From NCBI GenBank assembly GCA_009103225.1, contig RHPI01000260.1:131156-195155 (forward strand): 64,000 nucleotides of DNA, read 5' to 3'. Made by a program: the position numbers and the translations under genes. Shown here piece after piece: positions 13,481 to 24,835 of this stretch. The notes under the pieces are model-generated. The model was given only the letters and a program-made list of their open reading frames with translations, made no database searches and was not told the DNA's origin. The stretch's first letter is position 1. Each line of letters opens with the position of its first letter. This DNA is from Chlorokybus atmophyticus. Taxonomy: Eukaryota > Plantae > Mesostigma and Chlorokybus algae.

Positions 13481-13814
13481 CTCTCGAGTTGTCATGCACA
13501 ACAGTTGCGTAATGCTTATGAAGGACTGCTGATCATACAGATGAAATGCTGGGTACGGTTTGGCTTGTTGCCACGCCTCCGCAAATCACATTGCTGGTCA
13601 AGAATCTTGATGGTTGGCGTTGCACAGTCCAAAGTGCGGCAATGCCTCTCGAGTTGTCATGCACAACAGTTGCGTAATGCTTATGAAGGACTGCTGATCA
13701 TACAGATGAAATGCTGGGTACGGTTTGGCTTGTTGCCACGCCTCCGCAAATCACGTGTTGCTGGTCAAGAATCTTGATGGTTGGCGTTGCACAGTCCAAA
13801 GTGCGGCAATGCCT
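13481..13814. repeat. Near-perfect tandem duplication, unit ~165 bp x2
   Basis: ctctcgagttgtcatgcacaac...cggcaatgcct starts at 13481 and 13646; copies differ by a small indel. Confidence 0.95.
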
Positions 13815-14091
13815 TGTGCCGTGGAGGTGCTGCTGGCGATGGGTGCTAATGATTGATCGCCGCAAAACAACCGACATTCACACCTGGATCTGGTCAGCTT
13901 AGTGCGGTTTGAAGTTGCCTGGCATATAAGCTAGTCTCCATCTGGACAGTTGCCTTGTGCAGTTAACACATGCACCTGGCTGATTGCTTGGTGCAGTTAA
14001 GTGTCGATGGCATTGCAGTCGCCAACGGCATTGTGCACGCCACCAGCTGTGCTGCTGGAGAATCACTGACAATAAGATGTACACCCTATGA

Positions 14092-14221
14092 ATGCCCTCG
14101 CGTGAGTGAGGCGCAATATGCAGCCTTAAGTACACAGGATAAGCGCGAGGCTGCTGATGCCCTCGCGTGAGTGAGGCGCAATATGCAGCCTTAATTACAC
14201 AGGATAAGCGCAAGGCTGCTA
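14092..14221. repeat. Tandem duplication, unit 65 bp x2
   Basis: atgccctcgcgtgagtgaggcgcaatatgcagccttaa(g/t)tacacaggataagcgc(g/a)aggctgct repeated at 14092 and 14157. Confidence 0.95.
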
Positions 14222-14858
14222 AAAGCATGCATTTTCACACCATACATCACATACCCAATCACACGCACCTGCAAGTACAACCACTCGGCTAACTGTACCC
14301 TGTTCTTACCTAACTCCTACTGCCCCCCTGTCAGTGATGCATGCATACATGCATCCACAGCAGTGGTCATGTACTAATGTGCATGTTAGCAATGGATGTG
14401 GGCGATGTGGGCGTAAGCATGCCATGCAGGGGAGTGAAAGCTTAGCATGTGCTGATGCATGGTATATAATAGATGGTAGGGGTTGATTAGGCAGCACGGC
14501 AAAGCATGCATACTATTTGTTTACAACACGCAATATTTGCTATAATTGACACTGGGGCATTGAAGGTGGCAGAGTGCACTTATAGATGTACAAAAGTGTA
14601 AAGGGCTAATGCAACTTGCATGGAGTGCTCTGCACAGCACGTAACACATCATATACACAGCATATTAGCATGGTTTAACTGACATCATGCTTTAGTACAA
14701 TTGCAATCAAGACAAAAACATACCAAACATGTTTGCGGTAGAAATTAAATCAATAAATGCCGTAGTGCAGTAACATTGGCGCCTCAACCACTAGTTCATG
14801 GCAGCAAGTCGCTGCCATATGTGGAGCCACATAGCGTTTATGTGTCCCATATTACATA

Positions 14859-14975
14859 CCGCATCTTTGCAATCCCCCCCCTCCCTACAAACAAGGATCC
14901 CCCCCCCCTCCTCAAACAAACATCAATGGGGGGTTGCACTAATAGAGTAGGGGGGGTCCATTCGCACAAATACGG
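14859..14975. mobile_element. Degenerate short MITE related to the 38821-39690 element (CCGTATTT-type TIR, TA flanks)
   Basis: TA|ccgcatctttgcaa-poly C ... poly G-ttcgcacaaatacgg|TA. Confidence 0.55.
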
Positions 14976-16349
14976 TATGTGGCATGCCACAACTTGTCTA
15001 TAAGATAGATAATCATACAAGGCAACTCATTAAATGAAAGTAGGATGAGACCGAATAGTAGGTTTATTTAGCACAATAACAATCAAATTATACATATAAT
15101 AACGGTTGCTTACTAATACTGCTGTAACCATCATAGCCAATTGTTGAGCCAATTCTAGTGCTATAGCACGATGATGCTGATGCGAACGCTAATGCTGACG
15201 CCGACGTTTACGTTAACGCCAAGGCTGACGTAACAAGCGTACAATGCTAGCAATCGTACATCCGTGTGACGCACGATTGCACATAATAGCGCCTTTTGCA
15301 ATGCGCAATAGGGCAACAACAGACATGCTCACTTGCGTATATAATGACATGGTCGACAAAGGTGAAATTAAGCAGGTGACGCGCCGACCAAGTAATCTTA
15401 CACATTGTGAGACTTACATTGGCAGCCTACATACCCATTCCAAACTATCTGTTTAAATATGAACAAAGAGTCGATATGCTTTTGCGGCGGTTGTGACGAA
15501 CAATGGCAATTTGCTGCTACGGTATTCGTGCTAAGTCCCCCAGCGGCTGATATACCATGTGAGGGTTCATGATCCTCGTTAAACGGATGCCTCATGAGCT
15601 TGGTGTCAGCGGACACACGTACTGCCATACAACTCCTCCGCCAAAGCCGTGCGCAGCATTGTACAGTGCTGCACATGTACGCACTGCCTCTATCCCGCTA
15701 ATGGAGTAGTGTTGATGTGGTGCAAAACAATAGGCAACTAGTCATGTCAAATTACGAGCATGCCATTTTCCAGTCCCTTCTAGCTAGCATGTTTAACGTC
15801 GCCCCGCTTGTTGCTGCAATGCATTAATTACTTGTTCCTTCTTCATCCTATTGCAACCTACAGTAGTAGCAGGCTTCAAACCTAGTAATAGGCCTCATTA
15901 CCACAAGGGATGTAAATTAATGATGTCTCACGCACCATTTGGCTGCCGCGGCGTAATTGCGGGGAACGATGAGGCAATGCTACAAAAGTCTCAGCAATAA
16001 CCGAGAATCTTTCTGCTCAACAAAGATGCCGGTTACCAATGAGGCGGCGCCTGCCTGCTTGCCTATGAGTTGTTGGGCGCATTGTGTCTAACCGATTACT
16101 TGATCGGGATCACTGCGCAAGGCGGGCGGATGCTGAAACGAAACCACCGTTTTATCAATGTCCCGAATACCATCATTAATTCGCGCTGAGGCGGCTCCTT
16201 TGGAAGATCCGTGGCAGCGGCTGTAAAGCTGTCGGTGGCGGCATTGGAAGAGCAGAGGTAGAAGGTGGCGTTGGCATTGGCGCTAACGCTAGCGGTGCCG
16301 GCACTAAGTAAGCATGCCTGCTTTAAATAATAATTACGACTTAGTATAA

Positions 16350-16842
16350 GGGTAGTATAATATAATAATAGAAGTAGTAGTAATAGTAGTAGCAATTTAC
16401 AGTATACAATAGCAACATCATATAATGTAATATTAATGTATCATTATTTTTGAGTTGCAATTTTGCTTGTCACATACCGTCTCTCACAATACTTAAACGG
16501 TACTTGTTGGTACCTTCAAAAATAACGTCAAGTACCATAAGGTACCTTACAGGTACCTGATAGTTAGGTAGCTTCGACGTAAAGTCGTTTGTACTTTACT
16601 GTTGGGTATCGGATATTTAGGTCAAGTCCCCTTTGCTTAATTGATAGGTACCTTACAGGTACCCATTAATTAGGGTCAGTCCCTTTATGCAGACGGCCGC
16701 CGACTGATGGTAACGGCCGTTATATTCAGGTCTCTGTATCAAGATTACAGGTGGACTCAGCCACGACAGCTTAAATAAGTATCCTCAGGTGCACGGCCGT
16801 TGCCAATATTTAGTCGGCCGGCAGGGGAAACATTTTGCGACG
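16350..16842. repeat. Copy A of an unclassified ~500 bp palindrome-rich repeat
   Basis: Shares blocks aggtcaagtyccctttgcttaa, agggtcartccctttatgcagacggccgcc and ggtgcacggccgttgccaatatytagtcggccggcaggggaaac with copies B and C; preceded by a (GTA)n-rich tract. Confidence 0.9.
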
Positions 16843-16925
16843 ATGCTTGCGTCTGTGACAACTGGGATAGCAACATACTTTAATCGACTGACTCACTGCG
16901 TGGCACCTCTTGCCTTTTTTCCAAG

Positions 16926-17091
16926 GCCAATGCATTTCCCTCATCGGTGGGCTCAAAGGCACTGACCATGCTCCGAATCGTACCAATTGAAGCCGTCCGC
17001 AACTTCGCTGGTGCCCTTCTGCTGGGTGCTTTCGTTCTTGACACTACCAGATCTAAGACTACCAAGCCACAAGCCTTTACCACAACCCTAG
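16926..17091 (+). pseudogene. Isolated exon 2 of a decayed PTB/PHO4 paralog
   Basis: 166 bp, the same length as exon 2 of the intact gene (59815-59980); ANAFPSSVGSKALTM...FAGALLLGA...KPQAF; AG/GT boundaries retained. Confidence 0.9.
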
Positions 17092-17692
17092 GTAGGCAAT
17101 CAGCTTTGCACAAGTTCCACTGTGCGCACTATTTCGTCGCAAGTTTTACACGGTGACTAACAAGGGACTGAGGGTCTGACGGGTGCCTTACCCTACCTGA
17201 CGTAACGGATTGGTCCACAAAGGGACTTCTTTGGTCGGCCGTTACAATTAAGCAACATATACCGACGGCAAGCGGTCGACCGATTAATACAATCGACGGC
17301 GGTCTGCTTGTGACGGCAACACCGCACTTTCAGATGACGGCCGATCGTCTCATTTGCGCGATGGCGACCTATTTGTATAGTAGATAAGTCACGTTTTAGT
17401 CACATACAGTGACGGCCGACCGACGGTCGTACCCTGACCGTCAAAAAGTATGCGCGACGGTCTGCCTACCTTGGCAAGCCAGTCACTGTTAGTCCCTATC
17501 AGGTGACCTTACCGCGTTTATTAAGTGACGGCCGATCGCCGGTCGTGCATTAACGCGGCGGCGACCTACTTATTGTGTGTCAAGTATGATCAGCAAGTGA
17601 CCGCTTGTCCCTAAAGGTCGGCAAGTCGGGACGGTGGTACCGGCCGACAAGTCGAAACGCTGGTACAATGCCGCCGCCGTACTATGTCAATA

Positions 17693-17777
17693 GTACGAAC
17701 AGTGCCATTGTCGCAATGGCACTATCGTACCATACTGATGGTACGATAGTGCCATTGCGACAATGGTACTTTCGTAC
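17693..17777. repeat. Long nested inverted repeat (33 bp stem with 1 mismatch, 4 nt loop; each arm itself a hairpin)
   Basis: agtgccattgtcgcaatggcactatcgtaccat-actg-atggtacgatagtgccattgcgacaatggtact (17701-17770), extendable by gtacgaa/ttcgtac. Confidence 0.95.
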
Positions 17778-18164
17778 CATTATAATAATACGATAATGCC
17801 GTTGCGAGTCCGACTCGAAACGTGAGTCACATTTGAAAAACATGTTTGAATAACTTGGGCTGCCCAAGTTATTCAAACGCTCAACGGCTTCAAGTTGGAC
17901 AAGAGAGTTGTGGGCGGCGGCGGCGGTGATGGCGGCGGTGGCGGCGGCGGCGGCAACGGCTAACAGTAGGTGAGCTTGGTTGCTGTCTGACGTTGTACTA
18001 CGTGCAACACCGCATGCCAGCTAACCACCCTCCTTGCCTTAGGGCGGCCAGGCCAGACCAGGCTAGGCCAGACCAGGCCAGGCGGCGGCAGCGGCGGCGG
18101 AGAAGGAACGGCGGCGGCGGAGCTGGAGCGGGCGGTGCAGGAGCCGCAGCTCAGTACAAGGGTA

Positions 18165-18683
18165 GTACTAGCAGTGGTACCTAAGGTAGTAGTAGCAGTA
18201 GTGGTAGCAATAGTGGTAGTCTAGTTGTACTAGCAGTAGTAGTAGCTCAGTATAATAATACATTATAATTTAATGTTTTGCTTCATATTATTGTCACGCA
18301 TTCTTGCACAGCTGATAACGACAATTACGTGTGACACCTAATCATGACTGAGCGGTACTATCATGTACCTTTTAAAAGTACACATCATTAATGATAGGTA
18401 CCTTAACGTACCTAACAATTTCGCTCAGTTAGCGTACAGTCGCCGGTAACTAACTGATAGGTACCGGTCAGTTACGTGTTAGTTAGGTCAAGTTCCCTTT
18501 GCTTAACTGTTGAATACCTGACAAATACTTATTAACTAGGGTCAATCCCTTTATGCAGACGGCCGCCAACAAATGGTGACGGCCGTTATGCGCCGGTCCC
18601 TGTATCGAGATCGCCGGTAGACTGAAGGTCAACATTATAAATGAGTATCATCAGGTGCACGGCCGTTGCCAATATTTAGTCGG
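18165..18683. repeat. Copy B of the ~500 bp repeat (ends at a single N)
   Basis: Alignable with copy C along its full length with scattered substitutions; shares core blocks with copy A. Confidence 0.9.
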
Positions 18684-18684
18684 N

Positions 18685-19191
18685 TAGTATTGGTAGTCTA
18701 GTTGTACTAGCAGTAGTAGTAGTAGCTCAGTATATTACATTGTAATTTATTTATTTTTTTGTTTTTTATTATTTGTCACGCATTCTTGCACAGCTGATGA
18801 CGACAATTACGTGTGACACCTAATCATGACTGAGCGGTACCAGCATGTACCTTTGAAAGTACACATCATTAACGGTAAGTACCTTAAGGTACCTGACAAT
18901 TTCGCTCAGCTAGCGTACAGTCGCCGATACCTAATTGATAGGTACTGGTCAATTACTTGTTAGTTAGGTCAAGTTCCCTTTGCTTAACTGTTGAGTACCA
19001 AACGGGTACTTATTAAAAAAAGGGTCAGTCCCTTTATGCAGACGGCCGCCAACTAATGGTGACGGCCGTTATGCGCCGGTCTTTGTATCGAGATCGCCGG
19101 TAGACAGAAGGTTGACAATCTAAATAAGTATCATTAGGTGCACGGCCGTTGCCAATATCTAGTCGGCCGGCAGGGGAAACGTTTTGCGACG
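18685..19191. repeat. Copy C of the ~500 bp repeat
   Basis: Tandem to copy B; ends ...tagtcggccggcaggggaaacgttttgcgacg like copy A. Confidence 0.9.
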
Positions 19192-19235
19192 TCGAAGGCA
19201 CGGCCGCACAACATGCATGTGCTTGCGTGCGTGCA

Positions 19236-20154
19236 TGTTACGCCTATAAGCTGGTGAAGAATATTCTCTGTTCTTTATGATTGTAAAACCAAGTGGCCAT
19301 GCCGGTTGTCAAGTTGCGTAGTGCTTGACGGTCGTGTTCATGACTTTTTATGAGTCATGGGCACGATACTACACAAGGCATTAATGCGAGGTTAGCACGG
19401 AGCTGGTCAGTGCATGTGGTCTGTGAACCTTGAGTATTGCATTGTGAGTTGCCACAGGAAGTGGCAGCTGCAAGACAGTGAGCCAAGTTGGCAAACCACA
19501 TAATGTGGACTGTGGTAGTAATTTGCCACAGGTGTGACAGCCGCCAGGCAAGTCGTGCCTATGGGCAATCCGCAAGTACATGTGTGCTAGGGGCGTCTAA
19601 GTTTGTGATTCCAAGGTAGGTATCATTATTCCTATGAGAATTCAAGGTGGTTTAATACTCCTGAGGTGAAGTTTGTTGGTTCCAATGTTGGAACAAGGTC
19701 AGTGCATAGTGACAAGGCATATGTGGCCTTGAACATCCTGTGCCAGGTTGGGAGAGCAGCATGTGGTATAAATGCTAAGTTGCATGACTGGGGATCCGAT
19801 CACTATTAAGTAAAACATCTGTGTGTGTTCACCTTGCACGAGGGCCACATGTGCGTGGTGTGCTTGGGTGTTAACCGTTTAAGGGGCTCTCTCCCTCATC
19901 CCTTGTGGGGTGTGGGGTGGTATTGTGGTGTTTTGCACGTGGGGTGGGTGTGTTGGGCGTGTTGGGCGTGGGTGTGCCTGGGGCTGGGGCTAAGTGGAGA
20001 CGCCGGTGGTAATCCTCTCTTCCCTTCGTGCTGAGCTGCACCTTCCCTGCGTGCTGCACCGGTGATGCTAGTGGGACTTCCATTTGTACGTCCTTGATGC
20101 TTGTGCATAATTATAAGTTTGCCGACCAGTATGTAAGTATGTGGTATCGTTGCA
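19236..20154. mobile_element. Solo LTR (~920 bp), same family as 48010-49015, opposite orientation
   Basis: TG...CA termini; flanks GTGCA / ATGCA (5 bp TSD, 1 mismatch); reverse complement aligns with the 48010 copy at both ends (acgataccac..., ...ccagcttataggcgtaaca) and internally (gagagccccttaaac). Confidence 0.75.
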
Positions 20155-20399
20155 ATGCAGCTGCCGACTGCCGCGTCGAGCATGCATACATCAAGCATTT
20201 TAATCTAGGCTTGGCTTATATGAGGAGCGGTTGTAATCAACTGCTTGTTGCCATTGAGTCATGCCCGAAGTGCTCCACGATGCATATGCCCGTTGCTGAT
20301 TGCATTAGCTGCATGCATTGCTAACAGTTGCTTTGTTGCATTGCAAAAATATTGATACACGGCATGCTCTGTCCGCTGCATTTTGAGACAGTCTGGCCT

Positions 20400-22470
20400 C
20401 CCACCTGAGCTTCGCCGTGTCCTCGACACACAAAATTATTTGTGGCGTCATTGGCATGACCATGACCGCCCTCTACGACAAGAGCGATCATTGTGATGTT
20501 GTATGGTCCAAGAAGCAGGACGGTTTCCCCCACATCGCGGGCATGAGCGCAATATTGCCGCGAAGGAGGCCTCCTAGGGCATTTGCCCTCTGCTCTTGGC
20601 GGCGTTTGTGCTTATCCAAACAATCAAGATCCTCTTTGACTATACGCGCCACCTTCATTCTGCACTTAACAGACTCTTTCAGGCGCGCCTTCTCTACATC
20701 ATGCTATTGTTTATTTGCCTTGTCTTTTTCATCATTAAGGGGAGAAAGACTAAGATATGAACTCCTGCCACGTGCAACAGTAAAGCTGTATGGATTGATG
20801 TGATTGTTAGCGCCCTCACGCTGGCTATTGTCATGCCTTACCTCTGTCGCAGCCTCACCCCAGGAGGATGAGCACCTTCAGGATCTTGTCAACAAGCGCA
20901 TGGAGGAGGCAAAGGGCCTCAACGCTGAAAAGGGCGCCACTGTCCATCATTGGAGCCGAGTCGCTGCTCCTGATGGCGAGCATGCCCAGCCTGGCCTGAG
21001 ATTGTTAAGACCCTTTCGGAGACTCTAAGACTATTGCTGGTCAGCGTCAACTACACATTGACATCAGATGGGTGGTGGCTTCCCATTCTTTAGCGAGACG
21101 CACATGAGCATGTTCTTCAGCAAGATCGCTGCTAGTCCCTTGGGCAACAACCGTAGCATACGCATATGGTTCTTTGTAATTGCTCTTGCAGCTGGCAACA
21201 TCACGGCACCCACGTGCATGCATACTATCATTAAATGATTGTATATTTCTCCATTGGTACCGCATGGGGTCCGGGCTGCCATGCAATAGCATTGCATGGT
21301 ACTCATACAAACAGCTAGATTTAAGACATGTGCGTCAAGCCACTCTTATGCTTGTGTCATTCAAAGCGCCAATCACAAGACCCATGACAACCTAGTAAAG
21401 GATGACATCTCCATAAAGGTATAGGAGCATGCCGAGGTGTTCGACTATAGCTAGCGCATGTTCTCCGCCATAGTCATAGTCTTTGCCCACGGCACCAATT
21501 TAAGCGATGTCCCCAACGCGATCAGCCCCTACACGGCCGTGAAGCATATATGGCGCGTTGGCTTTTTCATCCAAGGTATCAATCCAATATCTGGCTATGG
21601 GTGGTGTTGGCATCATGACAATTGCTGGCCTGACCACCTCTGATGATAAAATCATAGCGGTGCTGGGTGTCAAGACTTTCAAGCTATTCAACACGCACGG
21701 CTTTTCTGTTGAGCTGTCTATGGAAGTTGCCATTGTGCTAGCTTTCGGGTACGGCCTCCCCTTTTCCACCACCTACACCATGATGGACCCCGTGATGGTG
21801 TGAGTGGTGGAACAGCAATGATGGCATATGGCGCTATCGTTACTATTGGCATGTTTGAGGGCATTAAGGGGCATTAATGGAGGGTCATATTCCGCATCTT
21901 CTTTGCCAAATGTGCGTGAAAACTCACCCAATAGTTGGGTAAGTTTTCACGCGCATGATGCGCATGTGCACGCTCGGACACACACAGTGGTCTGTTGTAG
22001 TTAAACATGCAGGCAACATGTACAACATGGTGTTGTACTTAATTGATTCTATTCATCAATTCTAATATTAGTCGTTACGGGCTTCGTCGCTGCTGGCCTA
22101 GCTGCATGGGTAAGCACATCTCTTTGTGCCTTCGTCTCTTGTCGTACGGCTTGAATTGGTTGGTTGACTGTTGGAGCCGTCCAGTGTAGGGCGCGTGCTC
22201 CCAACAAGTTCCAAACAAACAACCTTATGTACGTACACATTGTATACATCACATCATACCTCATAATTAGTCAATACTAGATCCGAGGCACTATTTGCCT
22301 CAACAACCGCTGGAAGTGGTGTTGCTGCTATTTCCCTTGTTGGAATCAACTCTACCACTTACAGCTTCGTTGTCAACACCTACCAGATGCCTAGGGACAT
22401 GGCGGACGTCTTCAACCAATTCTTCAATGTTATTGTCAATACCGCATGCTCTACTACCCCAAGCATGTAA
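20400..22470 (+). pseudogene. Decayed PTB/PHO4 paralog, exons 3-5 equivalents with frameshifts, stops and small insertions
   Basis: VSSTHKIICGVIGM..VVWSKKQDGFPHIAGMSAI; LQDLVNKRMEEAKGLNAEKGATV; MFSAIVIVFAHGTNLSDVPNAISPYTA; LGVKTFKLFNTHGFSVELS; last-exon APNKFQ; all colinear with 59623-61930. Confidence 0.92.
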
Positions 22471-23189
22471 GCCCTTCTGTTCATCTCGCTTCTTCTCGAG
22501 CTCGTTAAACATGCAGTTGCTGAGTACGAGGTCAAAGACTTAAAGCATCTTTCATTGCCGTCGGATGACAACAAAGCACTTCGATGCCGCGTGCATTTAT
22601 GACGCACCGCCGCAGTTAGACGCTAAACATGTCTATATATATAGGTCTTTACATTTGTTAATTATATTGCGAAGCATATTCATCATCATAAATGCTTTGT
22701 GCCCATGTCATGTAATGCCAGTCCATGGCAGTCCGACCATTGTGGCGCTCTTATTGCATGCGCTGACGTGTACAGTAGGGAAATAAATAATCGACAAATG
22801 ACAGTATCTAAAGGTATTGGTGTATGCATAATATATGTCCCAACATCGAGGCACTGTGCCTCGATGCTGCCAACTGAGAGAGCACTTGAAAAGATTAGTG
22901 TGTGCATGATATATGTAGGGTTATTGTATATGCAACCATTAATGATCTGTTAAGATCATGTCAATAATGTATGTAGGAACGGTTACGTAAGGGTCCATTG
23001 CCGATCTGTTTTAATCATTCCCATTTACCGCCCGCCACATGCCATCATGGCATATGATATGCCATTTTCACGCATGAAAATGGCCCATGCTGGCAGCCGC
23101 AGCCTTTGCGTGTTATGTAGAGTTTTATGGAGAGTTGCTCAACACTCTGTGCTTAATTTTTATCGTAAAAATAGCAACAGTGGTCGAGA

Positions 23190-23560
23190 AGTGCGTAGCG
23201 CCCTTCTCAATCTTAAATTTAGCTTCAAAGCCCTTAGCCTCTTTGATGCAGTGGTTGACGAGAGTAATATTCCTACTTCAAGGTAGTCATTGTCTCGAGT
23301 GAGGCTGCGACGGAGGTAAGGCATATATATCATTGCAATGCTAGCCAACTAGCTAGCGTGAGGGCAGCAAAGCCAAAGCATTAAGCCTCCGGTATGCGTT
23401 GGTTAACGAGGGTATTTGTTGTGATGCAATGTAGTTATTGTTTGGAGTGAAGCTGCGATGGAAGTAAGGCATAGCAACGGCTAGCGTGAGGGTAGCAAGG
23501 GTAGCAAAGGCGACGTCAATCACTACACAGATTGACATGGCTTTACCATTGGACATGGCA
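23190..23560 (-). pseudogene. Two inverted PTB fragments in tandem (exon 3 region)
   Basis: Minus-strand MSNGKAMSICVVIDVAFATL..AMPYFHRSF and MPYLRRSLTRDNDYLE...gaggctaagggc..gagaagggcgctac match PTB VANGKAVWISVIVAVGFAIL..MPFLKRSL and the pseudogene at ~20830. Confidence 0.8.
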
Positions 23561-24396
23561 GGAATTCACGTGCCACATAAGCTATTAGAATTGTTGCTGT
23601 GACAAGATGGTGGTGTTGAGTCACATCTGACGGTGAGGGCGACAAAGGTTGGCATTACATACAAATTTAGACCACATAACAATGCTCTTGCCACGTGTTG
23701 CGATGGCTATATCATGACACCGCCGCGGCCATGGCGGCCATGGATTGTGTGTGTAGTGGACTTGGACGAAAAGAAACGTAATTAAGAAATCTAGAGTTTG
23801 AAGTGCGGCGGCAATGAGCATGAAACGTGCCATACACCAACAGCTCTGCAATGCAACAAACGAATGTAAGTTCAGCAGCGCATGCATTGGCTGCATATAA
23901 ATAGTAGCCATGTGCGGAGTGGTTAAGCTCTCGCATAACAAGCAGCACTTGCTGCGTACAGTCACTTGCAAGCAGTGACCCATTTTGCATTAACATGCTT
24001 TCACATGCTCAGCGGTACTTGACGTAATGGTCAATTGCATGCACATGCATGCTGTGCGGCCGCGCCACTCGGCGCTGTGCAAGGTAGGGGAACATATGCG
24101 GTGCCAAGTTGCCTACTTGCAGTTGTGGCCAATTTCAACCAAATGTTGCTTACTTTAATGTTATGTGTGTTTAACGCATCAAGCAAAGCCAAGCTGAGGG
24201 GTATACGATTATGATCTGCTAGCTCGCCTTTGTTTGATGCTCATGACAAAAGGCGCTAAAAAGTGCGTTCCACGCGGGCGAAATATTATTATGTAGAATC
24301 CATCACAAGACGCACCGCACAGCCCCGTTGATTAATCTATACATTCAGTCTGTCATAACTATGTGGAAGTGGTCTACAAAGTAGAGGCAGCAGCAC

Positions 24397-24397
<1 letters not shown>

Positions 24398-24459
<62 letters not shown>
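24398..24459. repeat. (AC)n microsatellite, ~31 units
   Basis: Direct reading. Confidence 0.98.
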
Positions 24460-24462
<3 letters not shown>

Positions 24463-24644
24463 TAAACTCAACATCAGCTCACATAAGTGTTATTGACTAT
24501 AGTGTCAATGTACTTTTGTTCGTGAATTCCAACATTGCTCATTGCGGGCTTTGTCGCTGCTCACCAGGCTGGTCTAGCATTTTAGTAAAGCTAATCTCTT
24601 GCTGCCTTTGTGTACTAATTGACATTGTTAATTAAGTGGTGGTC

Positions 24645-24835
24645 TTTCGCACGGCACCTATGCTCCCAACCAGCTTTGGACGGACGACCTTGTGTACGTC
24701 ACTATATACCTCATCAACATATCTAAGGTACTACTTACCTACCTTCACAACCGTTGTAATTGATGGTGCTGTTCCTGCTACTATGGTAGTTGGCATCAAC
24801 TTCAACCTTTGCAGCTTTGTTGTCAACACTTATAT
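24645..24835 (+). pseudogene. Additional decayed copy of the PTB last exon
   Basis: cacctatgctcccaaccagctttggacggacgaccttgtgtacgtc corresponds to GAYAPNKFQTDDLVYV of exon 5; ggcatcaacttcaacctttgcagctttgttgtcaacac matches the copy at ~22345. Confidence 0.8.

Noticed and set aside
16770-16830. Hammerhead ribozyme in the 500 bp repeat (minus-strand CTGAGGA / CTGATGA core in copies A and B)
   Set aside because: No stem II followed by GAAA and no fitting stem I/III topology; copy C has CTAATGA.
17150-19191. CRISPR-like array
   Set aside because: No constant-length repeats with unique spacers, no cas genes, eukaryotic context.
18165-19191. Copies B and C as a pure assembly duplication at the single N
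   Set aside because: They differ by many substitutions and indels, more than expected for a read overlap; divergent haplotypes cannot be fully excluded.
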